A stretch of 64,000 nucleotides of DNA from Patescibacteria group bacterium (GTDB lineage: Bacteria > Patescibacteriota > Minisyncoccia > Minisyncoccales > RBG-13-42-11): NCBI GenBank assembly GCA_035529635.1, contig DATKWJ010000022.1, positions 1,362 through 65,361 on the forward strand, written 5' to 3'. This document shows positions 1-8,878 of this stretch, in pieces. The translations under genes were made by a program, and so were the position numbers. The first letter of the stretch is position 1. Each line of letters begins with the position of its first letter. Below the pieces are notes generated by a model. It did not search any database, was not told the DNA's origin, and saw only the letters and a program-made list of their open reading frames with translations.

Positions 1-1
1 G

Positions 2-259
2 AAAGGAATCAGATTAACTTTCAACATCTCCCGGCACGATTTGGAAACCAGAGTCCGCCAAGCGGAAAAATTCTTAAAAAGAGGAGACAGGGTAAGAGTG
101 AATTTGCCTCTAAAGGGCAGACAAAAGGCCCTTCAGGATTTTGCCAGGGAAAAAGTGGAAACATTTCTTGAAATTTTAAAGGCCTCTTTGCCGATAAAAA
201 TCGAAAGGGAACTGAAAAGAGAACCGAGAGGCTTCAGTATGATAATCACCAAACAATAA
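2..259 (+). CDS. infC: translation initiation factor IF-3, C-terminal portion (gene starts upstream of window)
   Basis: Frame is open from base 2. KGIRLTFNISRHDLETRVRQAEKFLKRGDRVRVNLPLKGRQ is an IF-3 C-domain sequence, and the conserved infC-rpmI-rplT order follows. The track start at 41 is an internal TTG. Confidence 0.85.
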   Translation, partial: KGIRLTFNISRHDLETRVRQAEKFLKRGDRVRVNLPLKGRQKALQDFAREKVETFLEILKASLPIKIERELKREPRGFSMIITKQ

Positions 260-261
260 CA

Positions 262-453
262 ATGAAAAAAGCAAAAACGAGAAAATCGATCACCAAGCGT
301 TTTAAATTTACCAAAACCGGCAAGATTCTCAGAAGAGCAACCGGTATTAACCACTATCTGGCTAAAAAAACAAGGAAAAAAGTCAGACAAGACAGAAAAT
401 GGGTCGAAGTTTCCAAAACGGAAATAAAAAGAATAAAAAGATTATTAAAATAG
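262..453 (+). CDS. rpmI: 50S ribosomal protein L35
   Basis: 63 aa, very basic, MKKAKTRKSITKRFKFTKTGKILRR; lies between infC and rplT. Confidence 0.9.
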   Translation: MKKAKTRKSITKRFKFTKTGKILRRATGINHYLAKKTRKKVRQDRKWVEVSKTEIKRIKRLLK

Positions 454-460
454 GACTATT

Positions 461-808
461 ATGACGCGGGTAAAAAGAGGCAAAATGGCGCATAAGCGGA
501 GGAAAAACGTCTTAGAACAGACTAAGGGTTTTCGCTGGGGAAGAAAATCAAAATACAGATTGGCCAAAGACGCGCTCTATCACGCCTGGGAATATGCTTA
601 TCGCGACAGAAAAACCAAAAAAAGGGAATTCCGAAAGCTTTGGCAGATAAAAATCAACGCCGCTTCCCGGGAATCCGGCCTGGCTTACAACAAATTCATC
701 AACTTATTGAAAAAGAAAAACGTCATTCTTGACAGAAAAATCCTGGCTGCTCTGGCGGAAAAAAAGCCGGATACTTTCAAAAAAATCGTTGAAGAAATCA
801 AAAAATAA
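461..808 (+). CDS. rplT: 50S ribosomal protein L20
   Basis: 115 aa, MTRVKRGKMAHKRRKNVLEQTKGFRWGRKSKYRLAKDAL is the typical L20 N-terminus. Confidence 0.95.
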   Translation: MTRVKRGKMAHKRRKNVLEQTKGFRWGRKSKYRLAKDALYHAWEYAYRDRKTKKREFRKLWQIKINAASRESGLAYNKFINLLKKKNVILDRKILAALAEKKPDTFKKIVEEIKK

Positions 809-828
809 TCAAACTTGAACAGACGCAA

Positions 829-855
829 AAAAGCCGCTTCGATGAAGCGGCTTTT
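829..855. terminator. bidirectional rho-independent terminator hairpin
   Basis: AAAAGCCGCTTC-GAT-GAAGCGGCTTTT is a perfect 12-bp inverted repeat that includes an A-run and a T-run. It lies between the convergent rplT (+) and purF-like (-) genes. Confidence 0.6.
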
Positions 856-860
856 AATTA

Positions 861-2204
861 TCAATCCTCCAAAGAACAATCGAAACAAAGAGTTTCTTCA
901 GGCAAGCCGATTATCTCGAGCAGATCTTCGCGGGTGTTGAATTCTATGCTCTGAATGCCCAGAAAATCGATTTTCTCCTTCATCCCGGGATATTTCAACG
1001 AGAAAAGATCGCCTTTCCTGGTTGTTTTCCCCCAAGGGCAGTAAGAGAACAATTCAATACTGGAAATCCTGAAATGAATTTCAATCACTCCCAGATCCTT
1101 GAGCTTGGGCACCAGATTGGTCTGAGTCTGAGTCCCTCTGACAATCGAATCGTCGCAAACCACCATTATTTTCCCTTGATACTGCTCGCTGCTTTCCAGA
1201 AGCTTGATAGAGGCTTCCTGTCTCCTTGTTTTTTCATCTTGAGGAGTAAAACTCCGACCGGCATAAGGGTATTTGACCAGAACTTCGTCATACAAAGGCA
1301 TCCTTTTTATCTTTCCTTGGCTTATCTGCCGGCAAAATTCCTGGTAATAGCCGATAGCGTGATAACGCCCGGAATCAGGGACAGGAACCACCAGATCGGG
1401 AATAAAACCGTTTTCAATATCTTTTTTGGCCAAGGCAGCTCCCAATCTTTTCCTGATCAGGGAAACCGGAATTCCCCTGAACGAACCTGTCGGAAAAGCC
1501 GTATAAACCCATAAAAAGCTGCAAATGCGGCTTTGATTCGGAGGGATAATACTTTTTGTCTGGCAAACCCCGTTTTTCAGCAAAACGATTTCACCGGGTT
1601 CCAAATCCCTGACGATTCTAAAACCCATATTTTTAAATCCTGAAGGATCGGTGGCTGCGGCCAACGCACCTTTTTTTTCTCCGATCACCAAAGGCCAATG
1701 TCCCGAGAAGCTCGCGGCATACAGTCCTTGTTCGCTCAAAACCAACAGAGCGTAAGAACCCTGGACCTTTTCGTTCATTCTGACAATGCCGTCGATCACG
1801 TCTTTACCTTGGGAAAGAAGCTTGATGATAATTTCTATATCATCCCCTCTTTCGAAAGTATGGCCGGAAAGCATCAGCTCTTCGGCCAGATGAGAACGGT
1901 TAAGGATATTGCCGGAAAAACAAACGGCAATCTTGCCGAGTTTGGTCTGGCGGAAAAACGGCTCTTGTTGCGGACCGCAATATCCTACGGCTTCCGTCCC
2001 TTTCAAAGTTTCCAACTGGTGGTAAAAATTGGAGCGGAAAAGCCCAAGATAAGATTGGTTGGTAATGGCGCCGTTGTTGTAAACGGCTGCTCCGGCGTAT
2101 TCTTCTCCCAAATGCTGCTGATAAAAAGTTTCCCAGAAAAAATCTCTGGGGAAGTCACCATCATAAACTCCGGGTTGAACGCTCAAAGCGAAAATTCCTG
2201 CCAT
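861..2204 (-). CDS. amidophosphoribosyltransferase-like protein (PurF family) with degenerate glutaminase domain
   Basis: 447 aa. The C-terminal type-I PRTase motif IMVVCDDSIVRGTQTQ is present and the N-terminal half has Ntn-amidotransferase-like layout. The protein starts MAGIF rather than MCGI, and the HNGNL-type motif reads FSGNI. A GAGGAG SD lies 6 nt upstream of the ATG. Confidence 0.75.
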   Translation of the reverse strand: MAGIFALSVQPGVYDGDFPRDFFWETFYQQHLGEEYAGAAVYNNGAITNQSYLGLFRSNFYHQLETLKGTEAVGYCGPQQEPFFRQTKLGKIAVCFSGNILNRSHLAEELMLSGHTFERGDDIEIIIKLLSQGKDVIDGIVRMNEKVQGSYALLVLSEQGLYAASFSGHWPLVIGEKKGALAAATDPSGFKNMGFRIVRDLEPGEIVLLKNGVCQTKSIIPPNQSRICSFLWVYTAFPTGSFRGIPVSLIRKRLGAALAKKDIENGFIPDLVVPVPDSGRYHAIGYYQEFCRQISQGKIKRMPLYDEVLVKYPYAGRSFTPQDEKTRRQEASIKLLESSEQYQGKIMVVCDDSIVRGTQTQTNLVPKLKDLGVIEIHFRISSIELFSYCPWGKTTRKGDLFSLKYPGMKEKIDFLGIQSIEFNTREDLLEIIGLPEETLCFDCSLED

Positions 2205-2269
2205 TCTTTTCTCCTCTCTTCTTCCATTATTTTTTTGTTAAGCTGCAGTCTTTCTGTTTTTATCGTTTT

Positions 2270-3763
2270 CTATTGTGGAGGGAAACAGCGAATATCGGCT
2301 GATTCCTGCAGCTCTTTTATACTACTGAATCCTTGTTTTTGCAAACTCTGCCTCACTCCAGCAATGAGTTTCGGCAGGAAATCGTAGCCCGAACCGCGGT
2401 AAGGAACCTTTATCACCTTGCCTTCCGGAACTTTCACTTTCACTTTATCCATGCTGTATCTGACCCCCGAACGCCGTTCCATGGCTTCCGCAGAACCCAT
2501 GCCGCGGTATTTTTTTATCATTTTATCGCTTTCATAATCAAATTCTTTTTCTCCCGGAGCTTCGTCCAAGCCGGCCAGCAGCGAACCCATCATCACCGTT
2601 TGGGCGCCCAAAGCCAGAGCTTTGCTGATATCACCCGGTCTACTTATCTCCTGATTTTCCATGTCGGGAACTTTGATTCCGCCGTCGGCAATCACCGGCA
2701 CGAAACCGTATTGTCTTTCCATTCTTTTAGCCGTCTCGGAACAATCCCAAACCGCCGAAGCCTGAGAGCGGCCCGTGCCGAGTTCCTGCTGGGTAATGCA
2801 AGCGGCTCCCGGACCGATGCCGATTCTCAAACCGTCGCACCAAGCCGAGGCCTCTTTTATTATTTTTTCCGCCGCTTCTCCAGAACCGATGTTTCCCAAA
2901 ATTATCTCCAAACCCGGAAAATTCTCTTTGGCATATCTGGCGATTTCAATTTGTTCGCGGAAAGCGATGCCGGCATCCACAATAATGCCATCAACTCCGG
3001 CCTGAGATCCTAAACCAATTCTCTTTTTGGCCAATTCCAATCTAGATTCAACGGCCATGAATACCCTCAGCTGCTTGTTTTCGTTTTTGGTGGCCAAAGG
3101 ATACTGCTCGTTCTTCTTCAAATCGCTGTCAGTGACCAAAGCAATGATTCTGTCCTCTTTGTCGACAATCGGCAGAGTGTCAAGATTGTATTCTTTGATG
3201 ATTTTATTGGCGAAATCCAAATCATTTTTATCGACTGTGTCGATTTTCCGGGCAACCCGCATTTTTCCCCTGACTGTCATAACCTCGGCCAGCCGGCTCT
3301 CCATGTCCTGCCGGTATCTGATGTCGCGGTGCGTGACGATTCCTTTCAGTTTGGAATTCAGCGTGCCGTCTTCGGTAATCGGCAAGCTGAAAAAGCCGTA
3401 TTTCTTATTGATCTCGTGAACGTCTTTAATAGTATGCTGGGGTGACAAAACAACCGGCTTAAAAACAAAGCCGGCTTCGAATTTTTTGACTTTTTCAATC
3501 TCTTCTATCTGTTCGGCTATAGTTTCAAAATTGTAATGGATTACCCCGATGCCGCCGTGCAAAGCCATAAGAATCGCCATCTCCGCTTCAGTGACGGTAT
3601 CCATGGGAGAAGAAACCAAAGGGGCTTTGAGCTTTATCTTCTTGGTGAAATCGGTCGTCAAATCAACCTCCTCTCGTTCTAAATCAGGCAGCCGGTTGGG
3701 CAGCAAGGTAATGTCTTTATACTGAAATTCCTTATTAATCAAATTTTTGTCCAATTTGGCCAT
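2270..3763 (-). CDS. guaB: IMP dehydrogenase
   Basis: 497 aa with catalytic loop GLRIGIGPGAACITQ, a CBS-pair insertion and C-terminal GSLLAG...YRGMGS. Confidence 0.9.
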   Translation of the reverse strand: MAKLDKNLINKEFQYKDITLLPNRLPDLEREEVDLTTDFTKKIKLKAPLVSSPMDTVTEAEMAILMALHGGIGVIHYNFETIAEQIEEIEKVKKFEAGFVFKPVVLSPQHTIKDVHEINKKYGFFSLPITEDGTLNSKLKGIVTHRDIRYRQDMESRLAEVMTVRGKMRVARKIDTVDKNDLDFANKIIKEYNLDTLPIVDKEDRIIALVTDSDLKKNEQYPLATKNENKQLRVFMAVESRLELAKKRIGLGSQAGVDGIIVDAGIAFREQIEIARYAKENFPGLEIILGNIGSGEAAEKIIKEASAWCDGLRIGIGPGAACITQQELGTGRSQASAVWDCSETAKRMERQYGFVPVIADGGIKVPDMENQEISRPGDISKALALGAQTVMMGSLLAGLDEAPGEKEFDYESDKMIKKYRGMGSAEAMERRSGVRYSMDKVKVKVPEGKVIKVPYRGSGYDFLPKLIAGVRQSLQKQGFSSIKELQESADIRCFPPQ

Positions 3764-4046
3764 TTTCTATTTTTACGCCTTCTTTTTCCAACAGTTTAAT
3801 TTTATTTTCGGCTCCTTTATTATAGCCGCCAACCCGGCCGTCCGACCTGACCACCCGATGACAGGGAATTCCAAGATCAACGTTTTTATTTAAAATATTG
3901 CCTACGGCCCGGCAGGCACGGGAACAACCGGCTCTCCGGGCAACCTCAGTATAGCTTAAAACTTTTCCTTTTGGAATATTTTTAACGATTTCACAAACCT
4001 TTTTCCGAAAGGAAATTATTGGCTTTTTCAAGAATTTCCTTGGCAT
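3735..4046 (-). CDS. ogt: methylated-DNA-protein-cysteine methyltransferase (DNA-binding/active-site domain only)
   Basis: 103 aa with the active-site motif IPCHRVV and a helix-turn-helix region YTEVARRAG. Overlaps the guaB start by 29 nt. Confidence 0.8.
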   Translation of the reverse strand: MPRKFLKKPIISFRKKVCEIVKNIPKGKVLSYTEVARRAGCSRACRAVGNILNKNVDLGIPCHRVVRSDGRVGGYNKGAENKIKLLEKEGVKIENGQIGQKFD

Positions 4047-4431
4047 TTTTGTAAGTCAATCGGTTATTTGCTTCTTGATACGGCAGCCATTGAAAACCCG
4101 CATGCTCCCCGGAGATTTTTATTTCTTTTTCTGCCGTGCCGGCCAGATAAAAAGTCACGAATTTGAAAACGGTTTTCCCCTGCCATTTGAAGAAATAACT
4201 GATTATTTCTCTGAATCCCTTGATGAAATCAATGTCCGACAGGCCGGTTTCCTCCCTGACTTCTCTTTTGACGGCGGTGATTTCATCTTCCCCTTTCTTA
4301 ATATGGCCTTTTGGCAAATCCCAGTAATCTTTTTTGGCCCGGGAACCGCCAGGATAGTGTAAAAGCAAAAAGAACGCCTTATCGCCTTCCTTTCTGAAAA
4401 TTATCGCGCCGGCCGAACGTTCCACCGGCAT
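3991..4431 (-). CDS. NUDIX hydrolase
   Basis: Nudix box GHIKKGEDEITAVKREVREETGL. I prefer the ATG at 4431 (MPVERSAGAIIF), which sits just after the polX stop, over the track start at 4473, which would overlap polX. Confidence 0.8.
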   Translation of the reverse strand: MPVERSAGAIIFRKEGDKAFFLLLHYPGGSRAKKDYWDLPKGHIKKGEDEITAVKREVREETGLSDIDFIKGFREIISYFFKWQGKTVFKFVTFYLAGTAEKEIKISGEHAGFQWLPYQEANNRLTYKNAKEILEKANNFLSEKGL

Positions 4432-4432
4432 A

Positions 4433-6196
4433 TCATTTGAAATATTTAAGCATTTTATCCAACGGCCAGGCATTGGCGATATCTTCTTTCTCCGCCCAGC
4501 CGCGGCGGGCCTGGGCGATGCCGAATTCCATCAGATTCAATTGGTCCTTATGATGGGAATCGGTATTAATAACCATTTTCACCCCCGCTTCTTTCGCCCG
4601 GCGGATGTTCCGATCGTTGAGATCCAGCCTTTCGGGATAAGAGTTTATTTCCAGAACCACCCCGTATTCTTTGGCCGCCCTTAAAATTTTGTCGAAATCA
4701 ATCTGGTATTCGTCCCTTTTTTTCAATATCCGGCCCGTGGGATGGGATAAAACATCAATATGGGGATTTTTCATCGCCCGGATGATCCTCTCCGTCATTT
4801 TCTCTTTTTCTATTTTAAAGCTGGAATGAACGCCGGCAATGACATAATCCAATTTTTTCAAAGCCTCGTCTTTGATATCGATCGAGCCGTCATTCAAAAT
4901 ATTGGTTTCAGCGCTTTTCAAGATCCTGAAATTTCCGTATTTTTGGTTAAGCTTGTCAATTTCCTTGTTCCGGCGCTCCAGCTCTTTCTCGTCCAAACCG
5001 TTTTCAATTCTTAAAAACTTCGTATGGTCGGAAATGCCCAGATATTGATAACCCATTCCAACGGCCGCTTGGGCCATCTCTTCAATAGTATTCTCGCCGC
5101 CGTCCCAATCCGAATGACAGTGCAAATCTCCTTTAATGTCTTGATAGCCGATGATTTTGGGAAGTTTATTGGCTTTACCCTGGGCTTGCCGGATGGCTGC
5201 TTCAATCTCTCCTTGGTTTTCCCGCAATTCCGGTTCAATCCAGGCCAAACCGAGAGCTTTGTAAATTCCGCTTTCACTCCAGCCGGCGATCATTTTCTTG
5301 CCCCTGAAAAGGCCGTACTCCGATAATTTCAGGCCTTTTTCAATGGCTATCCTCCTGACAACGATGTTATGCTCTTTTGAACCTGTGAAATACTGGAGGG
5401 CTGAACCGTAGCTTTTCTTTTTGACCACCCTTAAATCCACGTCAAATCCTTCAGCCATCCTGATAGAAGATTTGCTGGGACCTTTCATCCAGATTTTAAC
5501 TATGCCTGGCAGCCGGACGAAAAAATCCATTATTTTGTCGGCCGAATCCTTGGCGGAAGCGGAATCTTTCGTTGTTATCAAAATATCGACATCACCGATA
5601 GTCTCTTTCTTCCTTCTGATGGAACCGGCCGCGCTGATTTGTTCGACTTCCTTCAGTCTTTCCAATTTTTCCGAAATTTCTTTCACTTTGGACAAAATAT
5701 CGCCCAAAAGGAACCTTCCTTTGCTTTTTTTCAGAAAAGCGATGCCTTCCAAAATATTCTGTTCGGTTTTTTCGCCGAAACCGAACAAAGGGGAAATTTT
5801 GCGCGATTTGGCCGCTTTTTCCAAATCCTTTAAATTCCTGATCCCCAATTTCTGGTAAAGAATTTTGGCTTTTTGAGGGCCTACTCCTTCTACGCCGGTT
5901 ATCTCCTCCAAATCAAGAGGAAGCTTCTTTTTAAATTCTTGATAATATTTGATTTTGCCAGTTTTCAGATATTCCTCGATCTTTTCGGCAATACTCTTGC
6001 CCACGCCGGGTATTTCTTCCAGGGCTTTGACCCCTCCTTCCCTGTAAATCTCTTCAACGCTTTCCGGCAGAGTTTCCAAAACAGCAGCTGCTTGCTGATA
6101 AGCGTAAGGCTTAAAAGGAACTTTTTCCATTTCCAAATAATCGGCTATTTCGTAAAATATCCGGGAAATTTCTTTGTTTTTCACATCAACAGTCAT
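4433..6196 (-). CDS. polX: family X DNA polymerase with C-terminal PHP domain
   Basis: 587 aa with N-terminal HhH repeats (IPGVGKSIAEKI, VEGVGPQKAKIL), a nucleotidyltransferase core (GSIRRKKETIGDVDILI) and PHP motifs (DLHCHSDWDGG, GISDHT). Confidence 0.85.
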   Translation of the reverse strand: MTVDVKNKEISRIFYEIADYLEMEKVPFKPYAYQQAAAVLETLPESVEEIYREGGVKALEEIPGVGKSIAEKIEEYLKTGKIKYYQEFKKKLPLDLEEITGVEGVGPQKAKILYQKLGIRNLKDLEKAAKSRKISPLFGFGEKTEQNILEGIAFLKKSKGRFLLGDILSKVKEISEKLERLKEVEQISAAGSIRRKKETIGDVDILITTKDSASAKDSADKIMDFFVRLPGIVKIWMKGPSKSSIRMAEGFDVDLRVVKKKSYGSALQYFTGSKEHNIVVRRIAIEKGLKLSEYGLFRGKKMIAGWSESGIYKALGLAWIEPELRENQGEIEAAIRQAQGKANKLPKIIGYQDIKGDLHCHSDWDGGENTIEEMAQAAVGMGYQYLGISDHTKFLRIENGLDEKELERRNKEIDKLNQKYGNFRILKSAETNILNDGSIDIKDEALKKLDYVIAGVHSSFKIEKEKMTERIIRAMKNPHIDVLSHPTGRILKKRDEYQIDFDKILRAAKEYGVVLEINSYPERLDLNDRNIRRAKEAGVKMVINTDSHHKDQLNLMEFGIAQARRGWAEKEDIANAWPLDKMLKYFK

Positions 6197-6208
6197 CTCT
6201 TTATTTTA

Positions 6209-6832
6209 TTAAAACATTTCCTCTTTAGGCGGAATTTTGGGAGCAAAACCGTCTTTGGGGAAAACCTGGTGCCGGATTAAAAGCAAAAGGAAAGAAGAAG
6301 CCAGCCCGAAAACGCTTATCAAGATAAAAATCGCTTTAAAGCCCAGAATACTGGCCAGAACTCCGCCGAAAGCGGCCGCAAAACCGAAAGCAAAACCGAT
6401 GGCCGTGCTTTCAATGCTCCAGGAAAATGCTTCCCAGCCTTTATCTATGTGCCTGGTGAAGATTCCCGACCAGCTGGGAATAACGCAAGCCATGGCCAAC
6501 CCCCTGATGAATTCCAGCAAAAAGATATGTTCTATTTGACTGGAAAAAAGGTAGCCGATCGGAATCAGATTGGCCATAAACATGCCACCGATCAAAAATC
6601 TGAAGTCGTCTTTCTCCCCCTTTTTCAGATCGAAATAATAAGCTATGAACGGCTGGATTATCGACTTTGTCAGCCAATAAGTGGCGGCCACAAAACCAAC
6701 CATAACCACGCTTCCACCGGAAATATGCCTGGTTATGAAAATGGCGAAAATCGGACCAATCAAACCCCAGCCGGACTGGAGCAGAAAATCGGAAAAAACG
6801 AGAACTTTGATGACTTTATTGATGCCTATCAT
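6209..6832 (-). CDS. half-size (6-TM) MFS-like membrane protein
   Basis: 207 aa with about 6 hydrophobic helices and a motif-A-like loop YFDLKKGEKDDF between TM2 and TM3. No second 6-TM half follows; polX starts 12 nt downstream. Confidence 0.5.
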   Translation of the reverse strand: MIGINKVIKVLVFSDFLLQSGWGLIGPIFAIFITRHISGGSVVMVGFVAATYWLTKSIIQPFIAYYFDLKKGEKDDFRFLIGGMFMANLIPIGYLFSSQIEHIFLLEFIRGLAMACVIPSWSGIFTRHIDKGWEAFSWSIESTAIGFAFGFAAAFGGVLASILGFKAIFILISVFGLASSFLLLLIRHQVFPKDGFAPKIPPKEEMF

Positions 6833-6865
6833 TTTATACTGTTTTTATTAAGGGAAACAAACTCT

Positions 6866-7879
6866 TTACGAACCTGAAGAGTGGTTGACGAAATTGCTTA
6901 TTTTGCTGAAAAATGCGTCTTTTATCAAAAACAGACCGAAACGGAATAAAATTATTATGCCGAAAAGGGCGACTATCAGCTCAGCTCCCCTGATAATCAT
7001 GGCAAAGGCAGTGGCAGTAGCAGCTTTTAAACCAAGAGGGCTGAAAGCGAACGTTTGAATAACTTCATGTGAACCCAAAGCCGTAGGTATGGGAATCATC
7101 ACCGCCAAATAAGTAAAACCGAGAACAGCCAAGGCGGGTAAGAAACCGGGGCTTCTGTCCAAAAAGGCGAGCAACAGCCAAGTCCGCAAAAGCATAACGC
7201 CGGCTTTCAGAAAATTCAAACTGAAAATTTTCCATTTTATCCTGTTTTTCAGTCTGAAAAAGGCAAAAATTTCCTTCTCAATCTCGGCTGGCTGGCCGCC
7301 CAGTTTGTTGTTTAAAAGTTTGCTGAATATTTTCAGAATGCTTTCTTTTTTAAAAGCCTTGAAATAAAAAAAACAAATGCCGGCCAAAAAAAACAAAAAG
7401 AGTCCGCCGGAAATTATTATAAGCTTCAGCGACGACAAGCCGATTATCGAAAAGAAAAACAGGCCACCAGAGAAAATCACCGCCAAATTAACCGTCCACT
7501 CTAAAATCCTGTCAATAATGATCGTGGCCATGCCCCGTGACCAAGGGACGGAATTTTCTTTTTTTAAAGCGTAGCCCTGGAAAAGTTCCGCGCCGACGAC
7601 AATTATCGGCATCAAAAACCTGATGGAAAAACCGGCGAGATAAATCCGCCAAACGTTCTGGAAAGGAACTTCCACACCCCGGCTTTTAAGAATCTCTCTC
7701 CATTTCCAAGTTCCGATCAAAGCCGTTAAAAAGGTAAGAAGCAAAATCAGCATTCCCTGAAAGCCGCTGAAAACCAAAAATGAGTTTTTAATCTCCTGCC
7801 AGCCAACGGTTTTCAGAATCCAAATGAAAAGCGCCAGACCGATGCAAAACGACAATAAAAGAAGAAAAATCTTCTTCAT
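6866..7879 (-). CDS. flippase-like / lysylphosphatidylglycerol-synthase-TM-region family membrane protein
   Basis: 337 aa, about 8 TM helices. The N-terminus MKKIFLLLLSFCIGLALFIWILKTVGWQEI is typical of the UPF0104/LPG_synthase_TM family as I remember it. Confidence 0.6.
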   Translation of the reverse strand: MKKIFLLLLSFCIGLALFIWILKTVGWQEIKNSFLVFSGFQGMLILLLTFLTALIGTWKWREILKSRGVEVPFQNVWRIYLAGFSIRFLMPIIVVGAELFQGYALKKENSVPWSRGMATIIIDRILEWTVNLAVIFSGGLFFFSIIGLSSLKLIIISGGLFLFFLAGICFFYFKAFKKESILKIFSKLLNNKLGGQPAEIEKEIFAFFRLKNRIKWKIFSLNFLKAGVMLLRTWLLLAFLDRSPGFLPALAVLGFTYLAVMIPIPTALGSHEVIQTFAFSPLGLKAATATAFAMIIRGAELIVALFGIIILFRFGLFLIKDAFFSKISNFVNHSSGS

Positions 7880-7962
7880 AATTATATAATTCTACCCTAT
7901 TTCCTGAAAAAGACAAAACCCACTTCTTTTGAAAAAGAAAAACAAGTTGTCTTTAAATTAAT

Positions 7963-7992
7963 AAAAAAAAGAGAAGCAAGCTTCTCTTTTTT
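7963..7992 (-). terminator. rho-independent terminator downstream of greA
   Basis: A8-GAGAAGC-AA-GCTTCTC-T6. On the minus strand the hairpin is followed by a T8 run, 23 nt after the greA stop. Confidence 0.55.
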
Positions 7993-8014
7993 ATTCGAAA
8001 GGCGAGAAAATTTC

Positions 8015-8491
8015 CTAACTGATCCTGTATTTTATTTTTTTGATTCTATAAGCCGTCTGGACAGGAGAAGAAATGAAGACTTTATCACCGATCTTATGGC
8101 CTATCAGAGCATGGCCGACCGGCGATTCATTGGAAATCTTCCCGAGGGAAGGATCAGCTTCCAAAGAGCCCAAAATAGTGAATTCGTCCCTCTGGCCGTC
8201 CACCTCGACCAAAACTGTTGCCCCCAGATCAATACTGTCTTGCTTTTCTTTTTTAGGCGGCCGGATCAACTCGGCGTTCTTAATGATATTTTCAAGTTCT
8301 ATGATTCTTGATTCCAAAAAGCTGATATCTTCCTGAAAGACGAGATACTCCGGATTCAAATCTTCGGAATGCAAAATCTTAGGAGATTCTCCTCTGGTTT
8401 TGGCGAGTTTCAAATCTTTCAGCGTCTTATATTCTTTTCTGATCCTTTCCATTCCCTCTTTAGTTAAGTAAAACTTTTTTTCTTCCGTCAT
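8015..8491 (-). CDS. greA: transcription elongation factor GreA
   Basis: 158 aa with an N-terminal coiled coil (YLTKEGMERIRKEYKTLKD) and the C-terminal FKBP-like domain (ISNESPVGHALIGHKIGDKV). Confidence 0.9.
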   Translation of the reverse strand: MTEEKKFYLTKEGMERIRKEYKTLKDLKLAKTRGESPKILHSEDLNPEYLVFQEDISFLESRIIELENIIKNAELIRPPKKEKQDSIDLGATVLVEVDGQRDEFTILGSLEADPSLGKISNESPVGHALIGHKIGDKVFISSPVQTAYRIKKIKYRIS

Positions 8492-8878
8492 AGAGATAAA
8501 TTTGTTTAAAATTTATCGAAGATCGAAATGAATCAAAGATTCATTGAACATCGAAGTAAATTATTTTTTATAAAATCCCCTTGGCTGAGGGGATTAGAGA
8601 AATTTTCGTATTTAACTAATCCCTCAACAAATCATTTTTCCGAAAGTCAAAACAATGGAAGTATAGACCTTTTTTGAAAACGGCCAGGTTTTAAGAGAAT
8701 TATTTTCTTTTACGTCTTTGATTAACATAAATAACTGCGATATCTTTTCTTTTTTCTAATTATAGAGAATGAAGAAACTCTGTCAAGAGTTAAAAAAAGT
8801 TATCAAAAAGCTTTCTTTTCTTTGTTTTCTAAAGCTTTTTTCCAGATATAGTTTATTTTATTAAATCAAAGAAGATTG

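Noticed and set aside
2333-3013. A 226-aa plus-strand ORF inside guaB, and similar antisense ORFs (1698-2387, 12431-12952, 14197-14625, 19637-20509, 59366-59950, 61286-61906, 62137-62631).
   Set aside because: Each lies fully opposite a well-supported conserved gene and has skewed or odd composition with no recognisable motifs. These are typical shadow ORFs.
8515-8527. A 12-mer CGAAGATCGAAA shared between the greA upstream region and the spacer near 32490.
   Set aside because: Exact 12-mer matches are expected by chance many times in a 64-kb window when both strands are compared, and the flanks do not align.
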